NCBI GenBank assembly: GCA_018970245.1
Contig: JAGWWT010000003.1
Location: forward strand, 3,519 to 67,518
Length of the DNA stretch: 64,000 nt
Direction: 5' to 3'
Source of the DNA: Patescibacteria group bacterium
Lineage (GTDB): Bacteria; Patescibacteriota; Minisyncoccia; Phycocordibacterales; PALSA-1337
Under the pieces are notes generated by a model. It had not been told where the DNA came from and made no database searches. It worked only from the letters and a program-made list of their open reading frames with translations. This document shows, piece after piece, positions 1 to 8,706 of the stretch; positions within the stretch are counted from its first letter, which is position 1, and the number at the start of each line of letters is the position of its first letter. The position numbers and the translations under genes are program-made.

Positions 1-200
1 CGAGATGCCCCTGCCGGCTGATAATCAAGGAAGGCCGACGAGTCTCCGCCCGCCGTGATCGATCCTCTGGCGCGATCCTCCAATTCTTGAGCGCGCAAGC
101 CGGGCTTGACCATGGATGCCAGCTCCCGCAGGATCGCCGCATGCCTTTTGCCTCCTTCGCGGAGGATGGCGATCTCTTCCTTTGTCTTGAGGGTTATCAC
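1..200 (-). CDS. map: Methionine aminopeptidase, N-terminal part (runs off the window)
   Basis: Reverse translation from GTG at 200 gives MITLKTKEEIAILREGGKRHAAILRELASMVKPG..., a typical MAP N-terminus; canonical position after adk. Confidence 0.85.
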   Translation of the reverse strand, partial: MITLKTKEEIAILREGGKRHAAILRELASMVKPGLRAQELEDRARGSITAGGDSSAFLDYQPAGAS

Positions 201-209
201 GCGCTTACC

Positions 210-812
210 TTACTCCAATCCGATCTTTTTCACAATCTCGGCGTGGACCTCTTCGATCGGCCTCTCGCCGTCGATGTCGAGGAAATTGACGTCGGGGTTC
301 GTCTTGTACCACTCGATAGTCGGCACGATGTCTTCCTCATAGGCCTTGCGCCTTTTTTCCAAAGCCTCCGCTCCGTCGTCTTTCCGACCGCTATTAGCAG
401 ACCTCAAGGAGATCCGCTTGGCTGATTCTTCGTGCTCCACATCCAGATAGATAAGCCATGGCTTCGGGAAGCTGTAGAATGGGAAGACTCCCTGGAGCAT
501 CTTGGCTTCCAGGAGCTTCCGTGGCGTGCCGTCGAAGACAAGATGCTCCTTTCCGGTGAACTTGCCCTCGAGGATGCTCCCCCATATGTAGACGCACATG
601 AATTCAGGCATGAGATACCCCTGTTCGATGATGCTCTTGCTCAGCTTGGCCGTATAGGTCTCGCCTTGGAAGAATTTCCTGAACTCGGCGCCCGTCTCTA
701 TGTGGATGACCGGCGTGCTGTCGCGCTTCTTGAGCCTTTCGATCAAAAGGGCGGCCTGAGTGCCCTTGCCAGCGCCGTAACGTCCCATGAACACGAATGA
801 TTGTGGTTGCAT
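210..812 (-). CDS. adk: Adenylate kinase / nucleoside monophosphate kinase
   Basis: P-loop GRYGAGKGT, FDGTPR, GRKDD; start moved to MQPQ at 812, with TATAAT 7 nt upstream; follows secY. Confidence 0.9.
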   Translation of the reverse strand: MQPQSFVFMGRYGAGKGTQAALLIERLKKRDSTPVIHIETGAEFRKFFQGETYTAKLSKSIIEQGYLMPEFMCVYIWGSILEGKFTGKEHLVFDGTPRKLLEAKMLQGVFPFYSFPKPWLIYLDVEHEESAKRISLRSANSGRKDDGAEALEKRRKAYEEDIVPTIEWYKTNPDVNFLDIDGERPIEEVHAEIVKKIGLE

Positions 813-1197
813 GCGGGGTATTATAGCGGCTAGCGAGGACTTGCGAAAGCCCGGAGGGCTTGCGCGAAGTCCGAGCGACGACGCTTCATGGAGCAAGGCG
901 GAATATAACGCCGAGTTATAGCGCCGAGTTTTCAAGCCGTGCGGCCCGCGATGACTGGTCTCTATTCGTCGATTCATCGAAACGTCGATCTGGTCCCTCG
1001 TGTGTTGTAATTTTTCTGCCGCATGGCTAAACCAAGCCGTTGATTTTGTCATGGAAATGGATTTCCGTAAATGAAAAAATCTACCGATTCCAAGGACTTC
1101 GAACTATATCGAGAACTTCATGGGCTTGCGCGCGGCGCGGGCGCAGGCGTGACTGAGCGCGCCACGGCGTGGCGGTTAAGAACCTTAGCTGCCCGGG

Positions 1198-1262
1198 CGC
1201 GACAGAGGAGCGCGACAGAGGAACGCGACAGAGGAACGCGGCAGATGAGCGCGGTAGATGGG
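1198..1262. repeat. 13-bp tandem repeat, 5 progressively degenerate copies (CGCGACAGAGGAA)
   Basis: Units read directly at 1198, 1211, 1224, 1237, 1250. Confidence 0.85.
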
Positions 1263-1284
1263 GCGCAAGCGAGCTTTTTGTAGC

Positions 1285-2568
1285 CTAGTACTCCCTCATC
1301 GCGACCTGAGCGTCGACTTTCTTCAAGAGATCGATCACAACGGAGACGACGATGAGCAGGCCAGTGCCGCCGATAGCCAGGGTCTGAGAATTATCTGGCG
1401 AGAATGTCTGGATCACAAGCGGCAAGATGGCCACTACGCCTAGGAATACCGCGCCGACGAGAGTGATGCGGGTGACGATGTTGCCCAAGTGCTGCTCGGT
1501 ATGATCGCCGGGCCTGACGCCGGGGATGAATGCACCGGTGCGCTGCAGATTCTCAGATATGAGCTTGGGATCGAAGGTGACGGCCGTGTAGAAATACGTG
1601 AAGAGGACCACCATCAAGAAATAGAGTATGCCGTATGGCCAGGAAGGCGGCGTGAGCCAGCCAGAGATGGCCTTGGAAAGGCCGGCGATCGTCGGATGGC
1701 CCGCGAGATTGCCGATGGCCCCGAAGATGATCTGCGGGAAGAGCAATATAGAAAGGGCGAAGATGATCGGAATGACGCCCGACTGGTTCAGGCGCAGAGG
1801 GAGATAGGTCGAGGATCCGCCGTAAACCTTGTTTCCCCGGACCTGCTTGGCGTAAGTGACCGGGACCGAACGTTCGGCTTCCGTCACATAGACGACGCCG
1901 GCCACAGCGAGGACCGCCACGACCAGTACGCCTAGGTAGAAAGGCAGGTTGGCCGGGTTGTACTGCGCCGAGAATTGGACCAGATCGCGAGGCAGCCTGG
2001 AGACGATACCGGCGAAAATGATGAGCGATACGCCATTGCCGATGCCAAATTCTGATATCAGCTCTCCGAGCCACATGAGCAAGATGGAGCCGGCGGTGAT
2101 GACGATCACGTTTATGGAAAATGCGGCGATGGTGATATGCGGAAGGACGGCCTGGGACTGGAGCAATATGAGGAAGCCTATGGCCTGTATGATCGCCAAA
2201 GGAGCGCCGAGGACGCGAGAATATTGCGAGAGCTTGATGCGGCCCGCCTCCCCTTCATCGTGCATGAGCGCCTTCCATGATGGGAATATCATGGTCAGAA
2301 GCTGGACGATGATAGATGCCGTTATGAAAGGGCCGACTCCGAGCATCACTATCGAGAGGTTCGAGAGACCGCCGCCCGAGAAGATGTTCAGGAAGCCGAA
2401 GAGCTGGCTCGAAGAGAGCAGCTTGGCCAGATTGGCGGCGTCCACTCCCGGTATCGGGATGGCCGCCAGGGCACGGAACGCCACCAGCATGAGAACGGTG
2501 AATCCGATCCTTTTTCTAAGGGCCGGATCCTGGAAGACGAGCATCGATTTTTGGATGAATTCATTCAT
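1285..2568 (-). CDS. secY: Preprotein translocase subunit SecY
   Basis: Multi-TM protein with GIGNGVSLIIFAGIV, GVIPIIFA, FIPGVRPG, GGTGLLIVV. Confidence 0.98.
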   Translation of the reverse strand: MNEFIQKSMLVFQDPALRKRIGFTVLMLVAFRALAAIPIPGVDAANLAKLLSSSQLFGFLNIFSGGGLSNLSIVMLGVGPFITASIIVQLLTMIFPSWKALMHDEGEAGRIKLSQYSRVLGAPLAIIQAIGFLILLQSQAVLPHITIAAFSINVIVITAGSILLMWLGELISEFGIGNGVSLIIFAGIVSRLPRDLVQFSAQYNPANLPFYLGVLVVAVLAVAGVVYVTEAERSVPVTYAKQVRGNKVYGGSSTYLPLRLNQSGVIPIIFALSILLFPQIIFGAIGNLAGHPTIAGLSKAISGWLTPPSWPYGILYFLMVVLFTYFYTAVTFDPKLISENLQRTGAFIPGVRPGDHTEQHLGNIVTRITLVGAVFLGVVAILPLVIQTFSPDNSQTLAIGGTGLLIVVSVVIDLLKKVDAQVAMREY

Positions 2569-3022
2569 CTATTTTTCCGCGAGCCTCTATCTTTCCGCCG
2601 GCCTTCTCGATCTTGGCCTTGGCAGACTTAGAGACCGCTAATCCGGAGAGCTTCAGGGCCTTGGTGATCTCGCCATCGCCGAGGATCTTGACGGGCGGGA
2701 TGCGGCCGGATCCGGTAGAGACGACTCCCTTCTCGATGAGAGACTTCGGCGTGACCTGATCGTTGGCGGCGAAAGCCGCTTCGAGGATGCTGACATTGAC
2801 CGCTACCGCCTTTTCTTGGATCGACTTGTGCGAGTTGACGCCGCGGCCGCGAAGCTTAGGGAGCTTCTTGATGATGTCTCGCCATTCCGGTCGGCGCTTG
2901 TTGCCGGCGCGCGCGCTCTGGCCTTTGCCGCCGCGGCCGGATGTCTTGCCGCGCTTGCCGCCTCTGGCCACGATCATGCGCTTGCGGTTCGGATGGGCTC
3001 TTTTTAGGTTATTGATCTGCAT
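2561..3022 (-). CDS. rplO: 50S ribosomal protein L15
   Basis: GKTSGRGGKGQSAR, KILGDG, AKAKIEKAGG. Confidence 0.97.
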   Translation of the reverse strand: MQINNLKRAHPNRKRMIVARGGKRGKTSGRGGKGQSARAGNKRRPEWRDIIKKLPKLRGRGVNSHKSIQEKAVAVNVSILEAAFAANDQVTPKSLIEKGVVSTGSGRIPPVKILGDGEITKALKLSGLAVSKSAKAKIEKAGGKIEARGKIDE

Positions 3023-3060
3023 GGGATTGTATTAGGCCTTATGGGATTGTATTAGGCCTT
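3021..3060. repeat. Perfect 20-bp tandem duplication ATGGGATTGTATTAGGCCTT x2 at the rpsE-rplO junction
   Basis: Read directly; this is where rpmD normally lies. Confidence 0.9.
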
Positions 3061-3699
3061 CGGCTTCATCTGGCTCTTCGGGATCGGCGAAAGATGCTTT
3101 AGGGCTTCGATAGCCGCTCTGGCGTTGTTGAGGCGGTTCTTGCTGCCTGACAGGAACTTGGCGCAGACGTCCTTGATGCCTGCGAGCTCCATGACCACGC
3201 GGGCCGAGCTCCCTGCCACGATGCCGCTGCCTCTCGCCGGAAAGACCTTTATGAGGACGCTGCCGTACTTGGCTTCGACGGCATGAGGGATGACCATCTG
3301 GGGCGAAAGAGGCACCTTGATCATGTTCTTCTTCGCATCGCGTGTCGCCTTTTCGACGGCTCCGGCCGTATCGCTGCCCTTGCCGAGGCCGACGCCTACG
3401 CGGCCCTTCCTATCGCCAGCCACGACCGACACGCTGAAGTTCATGCGGCGCCCGCCAGCCGTCACGCGGGTGACGCGCCGGATATCGATTATCTTGGAGT
3501 CGAACTCTGGCTTTGCGCGCTCACGGGGCTCGCCGCGGCCGCCTCCAGGTCCGCGTCCATGGCCGGCTCCGCGGCCTCCCCTCCTCGCCGTATCGCCGCG
3601 CATCCTCCTCCCAGGAGTGACCTTGTTAGGCGCAGCCGGAGCGGCTGCCGCCGGGGCCTTTGTTTCGTTATTCTGGTTCTTTATATCTTTTGGTGGCAT
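3052..3699 (-). CDS. rpsE: 30S ribosomal protein S5 with Gly/Arg-rich N-terminal extension
   Basis: RRVTRVTAGGRRMNFS, VGVGLGK, GSGIVAG. Confidence 0.97.
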   Translation of the reverse strand: MPPKDIKNQNNETKAPAAAAPAAPNKVTPGRRMRGDTARRGGRGAGHGRGPGGGRGEPRERAKPEFDSKIIDIRRVTRVTAGGRRMNFSVSVVAGDRKGRVGVGLGKGSDTAGAVEKATRDAKKNMIKVPLSPQMVIPHAVEAKYGSVLIKVFPARGSGIVAGSSARVVMELAGIKDVCAKFLSGSKNRLNNARAAIEALKHLSPIPKSQMKPKA

Positions 3700-3704
3700 G
3701 TTGT

Positions 3705-4055
3705 TTAAAATTCTAGGCCTCCCTCTCGCGCCGCATCGGCGACCATCTTGATCTTGCCGGCATAGAGGAATCCGCCTCGGTCGAAGACGACGGTATCTAT
3801 CTTAGCGGCTTTCGCCTTCTTGGCAATCTCCAGGCCGACCTCCTTGGCCCTTTCTACGGGCGTCTTGGCTTTGGCTTTCCGGGAATCAGCGGAGACGATG
3901 GTGCAGCCCTTGTCGTCGTCGATGACCTGAGCGTAGATGTAACGATGGGACTTGAAGACGGCAAGTCGAGGGCGCTCTGCAGAGCCGCGTATCTTAGCCC
4001 GGATGCGGGCTTTCCTCCTTGCGAATATAGCTTGTTTTTTCTGGATTTTATTCAT
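3705..4055 (-). CDS. rplR: 50S ribosomal protein L18
   Basis: RPRLAVFKS, VVFDRGGFLYAGK, AREGGLEF. Confidence 0.97.
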   Translation of the reverse strand: MNKIQKKQAIFARRKARIRAKIRGSAERPRLAVFKSHRYIYAQVIDDDKGCTIVSADSRKAKAKTPVERAKEVGLEIAKKAKAAKIDTVVFDRGGFLYAGKIKMVADAAREGGLEF

Positions 4056-4069
4056 GTGATTCTTGCTCT

Positions 4070-4603
4070 CTATGCAGCCTTCTTGCCTTGCTTGCGGCGG
4101 ATGACCTCATCGGAATACCGTATGCCCTTGCCGAGGTACGGCTCCGGCTTCTTTACGGCCCGGATCTGGGCGGCGAACTGTCCGACCTTCTCGCGGTCGA
4201 TGCCTGAAACGGCGATGATGTTCTTCTCGCTCGTCACCTTCAAGTCTGCCGGGATCGGCATGACGACCTGGTGCGAGAATCCGACGGAGAGGACGAGATC
4301 CTTGCCCTTGACGTCAGCCTTGAAGCCGATGCCTTCGATGATGAGCTTCTTCTCATAAGGCTTGTTGACGCCGGCGATCATGTTCTTGATATGCGAAGCG
4401 TAGGTGCCCCAAAGCGCATTGGACTGGAGGGACTTGAACTCCTGCTCGAGGGTTATGGCGCCATTCTCTACCTTGACCTTGATGTGCGGGCGGAATCCCT
4501 TCGTGAGCGTGCCCAGAGGGCCTTTCACGGTCATAACGCCTCCCGAAAAGCTGGCTTCGGTCTTCGGCGGCAGGACGATGGGTTTTTTGGCTAGTCTGGA
4601 CAT
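4070..4603 (-). CDS. rplF: 50S ribosomal protein L6
   Basis: MSRLAKKPI start, GFSH, PEPYLGKGIRY. Confidence 0.97.
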   Translation of the reverse strand: MSRLAKKPIVLPPKTEASFSGGVMTVKGPLGTLTKGFRPHIKVKVENGAITLEQEFKSLQSNALWGTYASHIKNMIAGVNKPYEKKLIIEGIGFKADVKGKDLVLSVGFSHQVVMPIPADLKVTSEKNIIAVSGIDREKVGQFAAQIRAVKKPEPYLGKGIRYSDEVIRRKQGKKAA

Positions 4604-4631
4604 TGTTTTTATACTAAATACCAAATACTGA

Positions 4632-5024
4632 CTACCAGATACGGAACAATACCTCGCCGCCGACCTTTAGCCGCTTCGCTTCCTCGTCCGCGAGCACTCC
4701 CTTGGGCGTCGAAAGGAACGAGTTGCCGAAGCCGCTCCGGAAGACGCGTATGTCTCCATATCTCTGGTATATGCGCTTGGAAGGCTTGGAAACGCGCTCT
4801 ACCCCATGGATGCGAGGGCCTGTATCGAAATAGCGGAGGTTGATGACGAGCTCGCGGTTCAAGAGAGCGCCCTTCTTCTCGACTGACTCGACGTAGCCGG
4901 CCTTCTTGAGAGCGTGGGCGATGGAGTCCAGGAACTTCGAGTACGAGACTGCGACGTCAGGCTTACCAGCGAAGCTGGCGTTCTGGAGGCGGATTATGAA
5001 ATCTGAGACTGGGTCGGTTACCAT
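4632..5024 (-). CDS. rpsH: 30S ribosomal protein S8
   Basis: MVTDPVSDFIIRLQNA, RVSKPSKRIY, STPKGV, GGEVL. Confidence 0.96.
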   Translation of the reverse strand: MVTDPVSDFIIRLQNASFAGKPDVAVSYSKFLDSIAHALKKAGYVESVEKKGALLNRELVINLRYFDTGPRIHGVERVSKPSKRIYQRYGDIRVFRSGFGNSFLSTPKGVLADEEAKRLKVGGEVLFRIW

Positions 5025-5041
5025 GATGGTGTTGGATCGTA

Positions 5042-5227
5042 TTACCAGGATGACTTCTTGATGCCCGGGATCATGCCCTCGTTGGCGAATTCCCTGAAAC
5101 ATATGCGGCACAGGTCGAAATCGCGCATATAGCCATGCTTGCGGCCACATCGGAAGCAGCGTCGAACCACGCGCGACTTGAACTTCGGCTTCTTCTGCGA
5201 ACGGGCTATGACTGATGTTTTGGCCAT
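5042..5227 (-). CDS. rpsN: 30S ribosomal protein S14, zinc-binding (type Z)
   Basis: 61 aa, CFRC...[12 protein letters not shown]. Confidence 0.96.
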   Translation of the reverse strand: MAKTSVIARSQKKPKFKSRVVRRCFRCGRKHGYMRDFDLCRICFREFANEGMIPGIKKSSW

Positions 5228-5330
5228 ATTGCAGTGCCCTTCGGGCAATGAAAATCGATTGGTCAGCGCCGCCCTGACGGGTTTTGCTTCCAATCCTTCG
5301 TAAATACGTGGTATTTAGCGAGTGGTTAGG

Positions 5331-5358
5331 ATGTTACCAGAATGCGTAAATTACGCAA
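5331..5358 (-). promoter_or_regulatory. Putative sigma70 promoter for the rpsN-secY segment
   Basis: Minus strand TTGCGT-N16-TAACAT with extended TG; overlaps perfect palindrome TGCGTAA-A-TTACGCA (5343-5357). Confidence 0.55.
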
Positions 5359-5363
5359 GTACG

Positions 5364-5392
5364 TTGACTATCTAATAGATTAATGATATAAT
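5364..5392 (+). promoter_or_regulatory. sigma70 promoter of the Ldt-Dac fusion gene
   Basis: TTGACT-N17-TATAAT. Confidence 0.75.
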
Positions 5393-5456
5393 ACAAAACA
5401 CCTAGGGCGGTCTTCAAGGAAGCTATGGGATTGTCGTATAATGATATCGCATCGAA

Positions 5457-6905
5457 ATGGATTCTTCCTTTGACTGGAAAGGATTTGCTTTTACCCTAAA
5501 ATTCTCAGCCTTACTGGGAATGATGATGATAGGCTGGCACTTCGGATCCGAACGCGCGCTATCATATTTCAGTTCGCCAGCATCCCTCGAATCAACGGCT
5601 GAACGATTGGCACCGTCCTTTCCTATAGCATCAGCCCAAACGTATTCAAGCACAACGCCCGAACGCATCATAGAGCAGCTGACGATACCCGAAGCTATTC
5701 CTCGACACGGGAAATTCATAGTGGCCGACTTGAGCGGCATGGATCTGCTTCTGTATCAAGACGGTACGGAGAAAGCAGAATTCCCGATCCTCACCAAAGG
5801 CCGCCCTGGAAGCTTTTTTGAGACACCGACCGGTTTCTATTCGGTTTTATCGAAGAGCAAAAATCACTTTAACGCTGGAGAAGGCGTATACATGCCCTAC
5901 TCCATGCAATTTTATGGCAATTACTTCATCCACGGATGGCCATACTACCCTGGCGACAAGCCTGTCGCCTCTACGTATTCAGGCGGGTGCATACGATTAT
6001 CTACGGATGACGCTGCTAAAGTCTATGCGTTTGCCGATCAGGGCACCCCGGTCTTCGTCTATGATGCGTCCACGACCAGAGTCACAGAGCCATTGTCGAT
6101 CGGTAATGTCCCTGGGCCCTCAATCTCAGCAGCCGCTTATCTTATAGCCGATGTGGACACAGGCACGGTCTACCTTGAACATGACGCCGAAACGCCTCGT
6201 CCTATCGCCTCGCTCACAAAGCTCATGACAGCGCTGGTCGCCAATGAGACGATAATGTTCTACAAGAACATCGAAGTCACTAAGGGTGACCTCGATCATT
6301 CACCGGCCGCTGCTGATGCTCTAGGAGAGACTTTCACCGTAGGCGACCTCTTCTATCCATTGCTTATGGAATCAAACAACGCTATCGCGGACGATCTAGC
6401 CCGATATTATGGGACGAACGGCTTCGTGGCTTGGATGGACTCAACCGCGCGGTCTTTAGATATGTCTGAATCGCGCTTTGCTGATGCGAGCGGCGTCTCC
6501 CCGCAAGACGTGTCGACACCAGACGATCTGTTCCGGTTAGCGCGATACGAGATCGATCACAAGTCATTCATATTCAGAATATCGAAGACGCCGATCAAGT
6601 CGCTGACATCGCGACAAGGAGACAAGTTCGTATTCAACAACTTCAACCTCTTCTCTGGCGACCCTGATTTTATCGGAGGAAAAGTAGGTAAAACGGGACA
6701 AGCCGGGGAGACGATGCTTTCACTTTTCTCTGTCCCAGGACAGGAAGCGACGCACCGAGTAGCCATAATCATCCTCGATTCGAAGAATTATAGGACTGAT
6801 ACGCAAAAACTGCATGACTGGATCACATCTGCCGCCGCCTCAGCGCAAAGCAGCGCTGCGTGCGCAAGCTGCTCAGTAAAACAGTACCGCACGATCGATC
6901 CGTGA
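5457..6905 (+). CDS. Membrane-anchored fusion of an L,D-transpeptidase (YkuD) domain and a D-Ala-D-Ala carboxypeptidase (peptidase S11) domain
   Basis: N-terminal TM; TPTG, IHGW...SGGCIRL (YkuD); ASLTK (SxxK), SNN (SxN), GGKVGKTG. Confidence 0.88.
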   Translation: MDSSFDWKGFAFTLKFSALLGMMMIGWHFGSERALSYFSSPASLESTAERLAPSFPIASAQTYSSTTPERIIEQLTIPEAIPRHGKFIVADLSGMDLLLYQDGTEKAEFPILTKGRPGSFFETPTGFYSVLSKSKNHFNAGEGVYMPYSMQFYGNYFIHGWPYYPGDKPVASTYSGGCIRLSTDDAAKVYAFADQGTPVFVYDASTTRVTEPLSIGNVPGPSISAAAYLIADVDTGTVYLEHDAETPRPIASLTKLMTALVANETIMFYKNIEVTKGDLDHSPAAADALGETFTVGDLFYPLLMESNNAIADDLARYYGTNGFVAWMDSTARSLDMSESRFADASGVSPQDVSTPDDLFRLARYEIDHKSFIFRISKTPIKSLTSRQGDKFVFNNFNLFSGDPDFIGGKVGKTGQAGETMLSLFSVPGQEATHRVAIIILDSKNYRTDTQKLHDWITSAAASAQSSAACASCSVKQYRTIDP

Positions 6906-6937
6906 TCCATCGCGAAATGGGATCGTCGCGACAGACG

Positions 6938-6970
6938 AAAAGCCGCGCTAGGCGGCTCTTGAATTCATTT
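6938..6970. terminator. Hairpin AGCCGC-GCTAG-GCGGCT between the convergent ldt-dac and rplE genes
   Basis: Inverted repeat with an A-run on the left (U-tail on the minus strand). Confidence 0.6.
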
Positions 6971-6986
6971 CTCGCTTTTCAACCCG

Positions 6987-7544
6987 TTAATTCTTGTTTG
7001 CGTCGGCTTTCTTGAGCGGCAATCCCAAGTGCTCCAGGAAGGCCAGCGTAGCCGCCTTGTCGTGAGAGGTCGTAACGATCGTGATGGCGAGCCCGAATAC
7101 GTCCTTGAGGTCCTCATCCGACGTCTCCGGGAAGATCGTGTGCTCCTTTATGCCCAGAGTGTAGTTGCCCATCTCGTCCACCGAATCGCGCGAGAGCCCG
7201 CGGAAGTCCTTGGTGCGAGGCAGAGCGATATGTATGAGCTTGTCCAAGAATTCGTTCATGCGCTTGCCGCGGAGCGTGATCTGGTAGCCGATCGGGTCGC
7301 CGACGCGGGTCTTGAAAGTGGCGATAGCCTTTTTGGTGACGCGGACAGCGGGCTTCTGACCGGTGATCTTGGCCAAACGGTCGGCTATGAGGTCGATCTT
7401 GCGCTTGTCTTTGACGGACCCGAAACCGCTCGAGATCACGACCTTGACCAGTTTCGGTGCCTGCATGGGATTCTCCATGTTCAAAGGGGCTTTCAGTGCC
7501 GTGAATGAATCCTTATTGAGTTGGGCGGTTGTTTTGTATGCCAT
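6987..7544 (-). CDS. rplE: 50S ribosomal protein L5
   Basis: ITGQKP, TLRGKRM, ALPRTKDFRGL, GNYTLGIKEHTIFPE; start could be 7562. Confidence 0.97.
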   Translation of the reverse strand: MAYKTTAQLNKDSFTALKAPLNMENPMQAPKLVKVVISSGFGSVKDKRKIDLIADRLAKITGQKPAVRVTKKAIATFKTRVGDPIGYQITLRGKRMNEFLDKLIHIALPRTKDFRGLSRDSVDEMGNYTLGIKEHTIFPETSDEDLKDVFGLAITIVTTSHDKAATLAFLEHLGLPLKKADANKN

Positions 7545-7558
7545 GATGGTTTGATGCG

Positions 7559-7777
7559 TCATACTTTCTTCGCGACTTTCGACGCTGCTATCGGCATGGC
7601 CATTTCGATGACCTGGCCCTTCTGGCCTTCGGCCCTAGGACGCTGATGCTTCTTGGCCATGTTCACGCCTTCGACGACGACCTTGTTCTCGCGCGGAAAA
7701 GCCTTCACGACCTTGCCGGTCTTGCCTTTGTCGTCGCCTGACAGGATCACCACATTGTCGCCTTTCTTGATATGCAT
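7559..7777 (-). CDS. rplX: 50S ribosomal protein L24 (short, 72 aa)
   Basis: IKKGDNVVILSGDDKGKTGKV, VVEGVN. Confidence 0.95.
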   Translation of the reverse strand: MHIKKGDNVVILSGDDKGKTGKVVKAFPRENKVVVEGVNMAKKHQRPRAEGQKGQVIEMAMPIAASKVAKKV

Positions 7778-7834
7778 GTTAGTCGAAAGTCTATAAAGTC
7801 ATAAAGTCGAAAGTCTATAAAGTCCTTAAAGTCA
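7775..7834. repeat. AAAGTC-based tandem array filling the rplN-rplX spacer
   Basis: gtcgaaa/gtctataaa/gtcataaa units; 7775-7824 is identical to 9867-9916. Confidence 0.9.
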
Positions 7835-8203
7835 AACGATCTCCGGCGCACGGGACGCGATCGTCTTAAAGCCTGCCTCGGCGATCTCGCGAGGGATCGG
7901 GCCGAAGATGCGCCCGGCTATCGGCTCCTTCTTATCCTTCTCGATGATGACCACGGCATTCTCGTCAAAGCGCACATACGACCCGTCTTTGCGGCGCTTT
8001 GGCTTGGTCTGACGGACGACGACGGCGTGGAGGACGTCTTTCTTCTTGACCGCTTTGCGCGGTTCGGCTTTCTGGACCGAAAGGACGACGACTTCGCCGA
8101 TCTCGGCATAGCGCTTCTTGGAAGCGCCGAGGACCTTGAAGATGCGGCCGATCTTGGCGCCGCTGTTATCTGCAATATTCACGATTGAACGGGGTTGGAT
8201 CAT
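7832..8203 (-). CDS. rplN: 50S ribosomal protein L14
   Basis: MIQ...ADNSGAK, RFDENAVV, RIFGPIPRE, APEIV. Confidence 0.98.
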   Translation of the reverse strand: MIQPRSIVNIADNSGAKIGRIFKVLGASKKRYAEIGEVVVLSVQKAEPRKAVKKKDVLHAVVVRQTKPKRRKDGSYVRFDENAVVIIEKDKKEPIAGRIFGPIPREIAEAGFKTIASRAPEIV

Positions 8204-8208
8204 GGCGG

Positions 8209-8490
8209 TTATGCGATCACTTTGAATGCCTTATTCTTCGAGATCGGGCGGCAGGCTTCGATCGTAGCCTTGTCTCCCGTCTTCTTTGTATTCCCGGCAT
8301 CGTGGGCCATTATCTTTGTGCGGCGGAGCTGGAACTTGTGGTATTTTGCGTGCTTCACGTAGCGGCGGACCTCGACGACGGCGGTATCCTTCATCTTGTC
8401 GGATACGACCACGCCCGAGAACGTCTGGCGCTTCAAGGCCTTCTGCGGCTTTGCGGCTGTCTTTTCTGTTTTGGCGGCTGTTGCTGGCAT
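8209..8490 (-). CDS. rpsQ: 30S ribosomal protein S17
   Basis: GVVVSDKMKDT, AHD, CRPISKNK. Confidence 0.96.
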   Translation of the reverse strand: MPATAAKTEKTAAKPQKALKRQTFSGVVVSDKMKDTAVVEVRRYVKHAKYHKFQLRRTKIMAHDAGNTKKTGDKATIEACRPISKNKAFKVIA

Positions 8491-8502
8491 GGAAATGTGA
8501 TA

Positions 8503-8688
8503 TTACTTCGCGGCGTTCATCGCTGTCAATATGCGGGCTATGTCCTTCCTGATGGCGCGGCCCTCTTTTACGTTCTTCGTCTTGGCGCCGGCGGCTCCGA
8601 AGCGGAACACGCGCAGAGCCTCGCGCTTCTCGGAAAGCATCTTGGCCAGGTCGGCTTGCGTCTTCGTCTTTATTTCCTTCGTTTTCAT
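8503..8688 (-). CDS. rpmC: 50S ribosomal protein L29
   Basis: RKDIARILT; position between rplP and rpsQ. Confidence 0.93.
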   Translation of the reverse strand: MKTKEIKTKTQADLAKMLSEKREALRVFRFGAAGAKTKNVKEGRAIRKDIARILTAMNAAK

Positions 8689-8706
8689 GGTGATTTGGAT
8701 ATTGGA

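Noticed and set aside
813-1052. 80-aa N-terminal extension of Adk, and the similar long ORF-track starts for rpsH, rpsN, recJ, rnhA, ComEC-MBL and pilins
   Set aside because: Family homology begins at downstream starts, several of which have a -10 box at leaderless spacing; most extensions overlap other genes or promoters
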